This document shows positions 15,851 through 21,202 of a stretch of 21,202 nt of DNA, in pieces; within the stretch, counting starts at the first letter, position 1; the number at the start of each line of letters is the position of its first letter. A program made the position numbers and the translations under genes. This DNA comes from Promethearchaeota archaeon. GTDB lineage: Archaea; Asgardarchaeota; Lokiarchaeia; Sigyniarchaeales; SOKP01. Below the pieces are notes generated by a model. It did no database searches, had not been told where the DNA came from, and saw only the letters and a program-made list of their open reading frames with translations. The stretch is from the NCBI GenBank assembly GCA_048938895.1, contig JBHLLU010000063.1, forward strand, positions 1 to 21,202, read 5' to 3'.

Positions 15851-16765
15851 ATGAATTATGTTGTTGGAAACATAACAGAGCCATGTTTTCGTCCCCCCTC
15901 AGAACATAATGCACTTTTAATTGCCATAACAAATGGATGCACTCATAAATGTACATTCTGTTCAATGTATAGATCAAAGAAGTTCTCTATTCGTAAAGAT
16001 ATCGAAGAAATAAAAAATGATATTAAAAGAGCTGGTGCCTTTTATGGGAATCGAGTACGTAAATTGTTTTTCGAGGATGGGAATGCTTTTGTAGTGAAAC
16101 CTGAAATTCTTATGGAGTTAACTGAATATGCTTATAAAATACACCCAAACCTTGAAAAAGTTAGCGCATATGCTCACGCAAGAGATATCCTTAGCAAATC
16201 TGATGAAGATTTGAAAAAGTTAGCTGAAAGTGGATTTACAATGGTATACGTAGGCATTGAAAGTGGAGATAATGAGGTACTACAAGCTTGTAAGAAGGGA
16301 GCTACACAAGACGATTTTGCTCTTGCTGCTCAAAAATGTCATAAAGCAGGAATTGCATGGTCTGGAATCTTTCTATTAGGTCTTGCGGGAAATGATCCCC
16401 AAAAAAGTAGAAAACACGCTATTGAATCTGCGAAGTTGATTAATAGAATGGCTCCTCCTAATCCAATAGAATGGTATATTTCTCCACTTACTTTAGGTGT
16501 TACTCCTGGAACTGAGTTATGGGAACAGAAATCAACAGGAGAGTTCAAACCAATGACCAGTACAGAAATTCTTCAAGAATTATATACAATGATAGAACAC
16601 ACATCGGATGATTTGCAAAAATGTGTCTTCAATTCGAATCATGCATCAAATTATGTGAGTTTAAAAGGAGAATTAGCGGATGATAAAGAAATGTTCCTTA
16701 AAGTTGTTGAAGGAGCTATCAAATATCCAAGCTTACGTCGACCGGATTATCTTCGTGGTTTATAA
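15851..16765 (+). CDS. Radical SAM protein (RPPSE-type, COG1032-like)
   Basis: RPPSE..GCTHKCTFCSMY (CxxxCxxC), YVGIESG and FNSNHASNY. Confidence 0.92.
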   Translation: MNYVVGNITEPCFRPPSEHNALLIAITNGCTHKCTFCSMYRSKKFSIRKDIEEIKNDIKRAGAFYGNRVRKLFFEDGNAFVVKPEILMELTEYAYKIHPNLEKVSAYAHARDILSKSDEDLKKLAESGFTMVYVGIESGDNEVLQACKKGATQDDFALAAQKCHKAGIAWSGIFLLGLAGNDPQKSRKHAIESAKLINRMAPPNPIEWYISPLTLGVTPGTELWEQKSTGEFKPMTSTEILQELYTMIEHTSDDLQKCVFNSNHASNYVSLKGELADDKEMFLKVVEGAIKYPSLRRPDYLRGL

Positions 16766-16808
16766 GAACATTATAAATTTTAATTATACTAATTATTGAG
16801 TAACGAAA

Positions 16809-18008
16809 ATGAGTGAAAAGGATACTTCTTTCAATTTTGATCAGGTTATTGATCGAACCAGATCTGCTTCAGCAAAATGGGATAAAAAAGTTTTAGAAAA
16901 AGGTTTTGGTGATCCTAATCTACTACCTTTATGGGTTGCTGATATGGATTTTAAAGCACCACCGCCAATCATTGAAAAGTTAGTTCAAACGGCTGAATAT
17001 GGCATATTTGGCTATTCAATCATACCTCCTTCATTTTATGAAGCTGTTTTAAGTTGGTTCAAGAGACGATACGGGTGGGAAATCGATAGAAAATGGATAA
17101 GTCAAACTCCAGGGGTGATTCCTGCTTTGGATGTCGCAGTGAATGCTTTTAGTAACCCTGGTGACAAAGTGATTGTGCAAAATCCTGTTTATTATCCTTT
17201 TTATCGTGTGATTGAAAATAATGGTCGGAGGATCCTTTTAAATCCATTAGAGTTTGCTAATAATCATTATAGAATGGATTTTGAAGATTTGGAGGAAAAG
17301 GTCAAAGACCCAAGAGCTAGAATGATAATTTTATGTAATCCACATAATCCAATTGGTCGGGTTTGGAGTAGGGAAGAATTGGAACAACTTGGGGAAATTT
17401 GTATTAGAAATGATGTTTTAGTCGTCTCAGATGAAATTCATTGTGATTTAATTTTACCTGATTATGAACACACAAATTTTGCTACAATCGATGAGAATTG
17501 TGCCCAAAAATCAATAACCTGTACGTCTACTAGTAAAACCTTTAATCTAGCTGGCTTAAGAATCTCGAATATTGTGATTCCAAATGAAAAAATACATCAA
17601 ACATTTGTAAATACACAAGCAAATCTAGGAGTTGGGGGACCAAATCTTTTTGCTGTAGCAGCGATGGAAACTGCATATAAAGATGAAATCTGTGAGAAAT
17701 GGTTAGATGCTTTACTATTGTATCTCAAAAGTAATTTAGATTTTTTAAAAGATTTTATCCAAGAAAACATTCCGCAAATAAAAGTAATAGAAACTGAGGG
17801 AACTTATCTTGTTTGGCTTGATTTCCGAGAATTAGGATTAGAACCTAAAGAACTGGAAAAATTTATGAGAGAGAAAGCAAAATTAGCCTTAGATGAAGGT
17901 TATATTTTCGGTCAAGGAGGGGAAGGATTTGAAAGGATCAATATTGCATGTCCTAAATCAACCGTAGAACAAGCCCTAAATAGAATTAAAGAGGCCATAA
18001 ATTTGTAA
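16809..18008 (+). CDS. patB: PLP-dependent C-S lyase / cystathionine beta-lyase, MalY/PatB family
   Basis: LPLWVADMDF, LCNPHNPIGRVW, SDEIH, SKTFNLAG (PLP lysine), GTYLVWLDF and RINIACP. Confidence 0.92.
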   Translation: MSEKDTSFNFDQVIDRTRSASAKWDKKVLEKGFGDPNLLPLWVADMDFKAPPPIIEKLVQTAEYGIFGYSIIPPSFYEAVLSWFKRRYGWEIDRKWISQTPGVIPALDVAVNAFSNPGDKVIVQNPVYYPFYRVIENNGRRILLNPLEFANNHYRMDFEDLEEKVKDPRARMIILCNPHNPIGRVWSREELEQLGEICIRNDVLVVSDEIHCDLILPDYEHTNFATIDENCAQKSITCTSTSKTFNLAGLRISNIVIPNEKIHQTFVNTQANLGVGGPNLFAVAAMETAYKDEICEKWLDALLLYLKSNLDFLKDFIQENIPQIKVIETEGTYLVWLDFRELGLEPKELEKFMREKAKLALDEGYIFGQGGEGFERINIACPKSTVEQALNRIKEAINL

Positions 18009-18040
18009 AATTCTATTTTTGATACACTTACAAGATTTTT

Positions 18041-19777
18041 TTAGAGTTCGGGTTCCTTAAATCCAAATGGTATCATTTCATCCAGATATGATAGAATCGT
18101 TCCTAATTCAGGTTCTTTAAGATCAGAATTAATGAGATCAACAACACTCTCCACAGTAAGTATTTCATTTAAATAGGAAATCCTTAAATCATCAAAATCA
18201 GCGTCAAAGACAAGAATTTTGTCTTTTTCTTCAGTATTATCCCAGGGATACCAATAAGGCAAACCTTCTCCGTTTGGATTTCCCGTCCTTGCAAAATTAG
18301 CAAGATAATTCATACACAGATCTTTTAATCTTTCCCGTCCAAGTTGATTACGCTTGGTGTGTGTTTTTCCAATCAGCATAGAAATAGAACTTTTACCCAT
18401 CCCTAGAAAGAAAGGAATTTCTGCAGCATGATGAGCACCTAAGTTGCGTCCCATCCCTTTCGGTAGAACACTCACACCATCTTTATCGGGACTTCCCCAA
18501 TCAAAGCGGTAAGCATAAATGGGTAAATCAGTCTTGGAATTCATTTTATATACTAAGGAATCCAGACCATACACACGCCAGAGAAGTGATCGATAATCCC
18601 AAATTAAGTTATACATTCTTGTATTCTTAGGAGGGTCTTTTCTAAAATTGCCAAAAAGCTTTACTTCATCCTTAGTGCAACCAATAATTATTGGCACCTT
18701 ATTTGCCCAATCTCCAGATGAAAATATAGAATACCCTTCTTTGGGTATTACTAGGCCATCAGTGAAAATGGCTCGCCACTCGGCCATTCCAAAATCCATT
18801 TTGGGTATACATTTCAAGATTTTAAATGCAGATTTTGAACGAAGATACTTATCAATTTCTTTATCCGACATTTTTTCTATGATTTGCCCAGCTTCTAGTT
18901 GATTTTTTGCTTTATGGTCCTTAATGAGGAGATTGATAAGAAGAGCGGTACTTTGAGTCTTGGCGGTGTTAGTACTCCCAATAAGAGATAATCCGCTTTC
19001 AGCTATAGCATGATGGAAAAGTCCTTTTGCATGAGGAGAAATAAGGAGTGATAGCACATTAAAAGCACCACCGGATTCCCCTGCAATTGTAACCTTATTA
19101 GAATCCCCTCCAAATGCTTCTATATTATCTCTTACCCATTCTAAGGCCTTTATCAAATCAAGTGTTCCAAAATTCCCACTTTTATCTTGCGGAGAACCAT
19201 TATTTGTTACTGCAGGATGTATAAACCAACCCATAGCTCCAAGACGGTAATTAACTGATATATACAATAAGTTTGATTTCTCTACAATCGCATTACCATA
19301 ATATGAAACCTCCGCAGATGAACCAATTGAATTTCCTCCTCCATGGATATATAAATAGACTGGCAATTTTGTCTCTGGAGTTTTTGGACGCCAAACATTA
19401 AGACAAAGACAATCCTCTGAACCAATTGAACCTATAAAAGGCATAACTTGTGCTGCAGAACTCCCAAACTTTTTTGTTTTGCGGGTTCCGTTCCATGGGG
19501 TAAGGTCAAGTGGTGCTTTCCAACGAAGAGAACCAATTGGAGGTTTTGCATAAGGTATCCCCTTCCAGCACCAAGATCCTTTATCTGAAAAACCAGATAT
19601 GAAACCATACTTCGTTTTGACAAGAGCATCATTATTCCACGAACTTAGTTCAAAAGTTGTATTAGATGGCTCTAATGCGCGAAAGCGACCAATATAGAGA
19701 GATACCCTCCTCTTAATCAAATTAACTAATTTAATAAAAGGACTAAACAAATATGCAAGCTTTATTAGTAAACTCAT
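18041..19777 (-). CDS. Carboxylesterase type B (PnbA-like alpha/beta hydrolase)
   Basis: GIPYAKPPIGSLRW, SEDCLCLNVW, oxyanion HGGG, nucleophile GESGG, acid in GCTKDE and His in GAHHAAEI. Confidence 0.95.
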   Translation of the reverse strand: MSLLIKLAYLFSPFIKLVNLIKRRVSLYIGRFRALEPSNTTFELSSWNNDALVKTKYGFISGFSDKGSWCWKGIPYAKPPIGSLRWKAPLDLTPWNGTRKTKKFGSSAAQVMPFIGSIGSEDCLCLNVWRPKTPETKLPVYLYIHGGGNSIGSSAEVSYYGNAIVEKSNLLYISVNYRLGAMGWFIHPAVTNNGSPQDKSGNFGTLDLIKALEWVRDNIEAFGGDSNKVTIAGESGGAFNVLSLLISPHAKGLFHHAIAESGLSLIGSTNTAKTQSTALLINLLIKDHKAKNQLEAGQIIEKMSDKEIDKYLRSKSAFKILKCIPKMDFGMAEWRAIFTDGLVIPKEGYSIFSSGDWANKVPIIIGCTKDEVKLFGNFRKDPPKNTRMYNLIWDYRSLLWRVYGLDSLVYKMNSKTDLPIYAYRFDWGSPDKDGVSVLPKGMGRNLGAHHAAEIPFFLGMGKSSISMLIGKTHTKRNQLGRERLKDLCMNYLANFARTGNPNGEGLPYWYPWDNTEEKDKILVFDADFDDLRISYLNEILTVESVVDLINSDLKEPELGTILSYLDEMIPFGFKEPEL

Positions 19778-19909
19778 TTTAGATCACGAACCCCATTGAA
19801 AGCCTTTATAAAATTCTAACTATTGGAGTAAATAATAATTTATTTCTAATTAAGATATTTTGTGGATCTAAAAAAAAATAATAAGATGGAAATTAATTTA
19901 AATTTTTGA

Positions 19910-21154
19910 TTAATAGAAATCAGTTATTTTTTTACCATTTTCGAAGATTGCTCTAACTTTTTCTAATTCATCAGGGATTTCAATTTGCTGAGGACATTTC
20001 TCTAAACATTCACCACACTGGATACATAAATTCGCAGATCCAATGTCTTTCTTACCAGTTTTTTCTAATTCTTCAGGAGTTTTGGGGAGAGATTTATAAT
20101 AGCTTGTAAATCCAGCTCTCTGCCTTTCACCATATTGGTAAAATTGATTGAGTATATTGAAGAGAGTTGGGATATTCACGCCCTGAGGACATGGCATACA
20201 ATAACGACAAGTCGTACAAGGAACCACGAAAATGTGTTTAGCAAACGCTTTTTTTAACTTTTCAATAGTTTGTAATTCTTCCTCTGTTAGAATGTTAATA
20301 CCTGAATTACTCGCAGATTTTATATTCTCAACTACTTGATTCATAGCACTCATTCCAGATAGAACAACAGAGACCTCCTTTTGATTCCAGACATATTGTA
20401 AAGCCCATTCTGGTAGACTTCTTTTTACTTTCGATTCATCCAGAATTTTTTTTATCTCAGTATTACTCTCAATTAAACTTTTTTCATCAATAAAGAGTTT
20501 TCCTCCTCTAAGTGGTTCCATAACGATAACTGCAATTCCTTTTCCAGCTGCATATTTAAGTCCCTCAATACCTGCTTGAAAGTTAACATCCATGTAATTA
20601 AATTGTACTTGACACGCATCCCAATCATAAAAATCGATTATTCTTTTGAAGGTATTAAAAGAATCGTGAAAAGAAAATCCCATATGGTTTATTCTACCGT
20701 CTGATTTAGCCTGTTCCATTTTTTTAATAATATTCAATTCCTTAACTTTTTCAAACGACATTCTACTTAAACCATGTAAATGATAAATATCGAGGTAATT
20801 AGTCTGCAATCTCTTGAGTTGGGTATCTAATATTTGGTCAAAATCTTCTGCTTTTTTGACAACACCTTGACCAATGGGCAATTTCGTTACAAGGTGTACC
20901 TTCTCTCGATAACCATCTTGCAAAGCCCTTCCTACTAATTCTTCACTCTTTCCATCCATATAGGGCCAAGCTGTGTCCACGTAGTTTAATCCATTGTCAA
21001 TTGCATATCGAATCATATCAATCGATTGTTTTTCATCAATAACATTCTTTTTTTCACCATCCTTTTCAACTTCTATTGTGGGTAATCTCATTGCACCAAA
21101 ACCCAATGCAGAAACTTCCCATTTAATTTTATTTCCCATTTTTCGATATTCCAT
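19910..21154 (-). CDS. Aldo/keto reductase with a C-terminal 4Fe-4S dicluster domain (COG1453-like)
   Basis: LGFGAMRLP, DTAWPY, TKLP, MEPLRGG, VVLSGMS, CTTCRYCMPCP and CIQCGECLEKCPQ. ATG 21154 (MEYRKMG) is preferred over GTG 21163. Confidence 0.93.
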   Translation of the reverse strand: MEYRKMGNKIKWEVSALGFGAMRLPTIEVEKDGEKKNVIDEKQSIDMIRYAIDNGLNYVDTAWPYMDGKSEELVGRALQDGYREKVHLVTKLPIGQGVVKKAEDFDQILDTQLKRLQTNYLDIYHLHGLSRMSFEKVKELNIIKKMEQAKSDGRINHMGFSFHDSFNTFKRIIDFYDWDACQVQFNYMDVNFQAGIEGLKYAAGKGIAVIVMEPLRGGKLFIDEKSLIESNTEIKKILDESKVKRSLPEWALQYVWNQKEVSVVLSGMSAMNQVVENIKSASNSGINILTEEELQTIEKLKKAFAKHIFVVPCTTCRYCMPCPQGVNIPTLFNILNQFYQYGERQRAGFTSYYKSLPKTPEELEKTGKKDIGSANLCIQCGECLEKCPQQIEIPDELEKVRAIFENGKKITDFY

Positions 21155-21202
21155 TGTTATCACACATAATAATTTTCTAATTTTCTAGTCTTAATTCATG
21201 GT

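Noticed and set aside
1-21202. CRISPR array, rRNA/tRNA genes, IS transposase, reverse transcriptase/DGR
   Set aside because: I saw no regularly spaced repeats, structured RNA gene, DDE/HUH transposase motifs, RT motifs or adenine-specific TR/VR pair. The 41-bp repeat mismatches are not confined to adenines.

Overview
AT-rich archaeal-type window, most likely from a Lokiarchaeia (Asgard) genome. The main evidence is a Loki-CTERM-like sorting tail on a beta-helix surface protein, supported by GGAG/GGTG-type RBSs and oligo-T terminators. The right half (~11.5-21.2 kb) holds ordinary host genes: a NosD-like beta-helix protein, a membrane protein with an FKBP-like domain, DUF4037, a radical SAM enzyme, MalY/PatB, a type-B carboxylesterase and an Fe-S aldo/keto reductase. 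The left half (~0.1-11.4 kb) is a mobile/accessory island containing an RHH-wHTH regulator coupled to an intact tyrosine recombinase, a Cys-rich SF2 helicase-like gene and a YaaC-like gene. It also holds two parallel minus-strand modules with the same layout: an apparently 5'-truncated gene ending in a nuclease domain (HNH-like in one, Vsr/PD-(D/E)xK-like in the other), a tightly linked smaller unrelated gene, then a shared 41-bp G-rich motif (114-154 and 7373-7413, 38/41 identical). The best hypothesis is a recombinase-associated polymorphic toxin/immunity cassette system in an Asgard archaeon. All family assignments come from motif recognition by eye; no database search was run.
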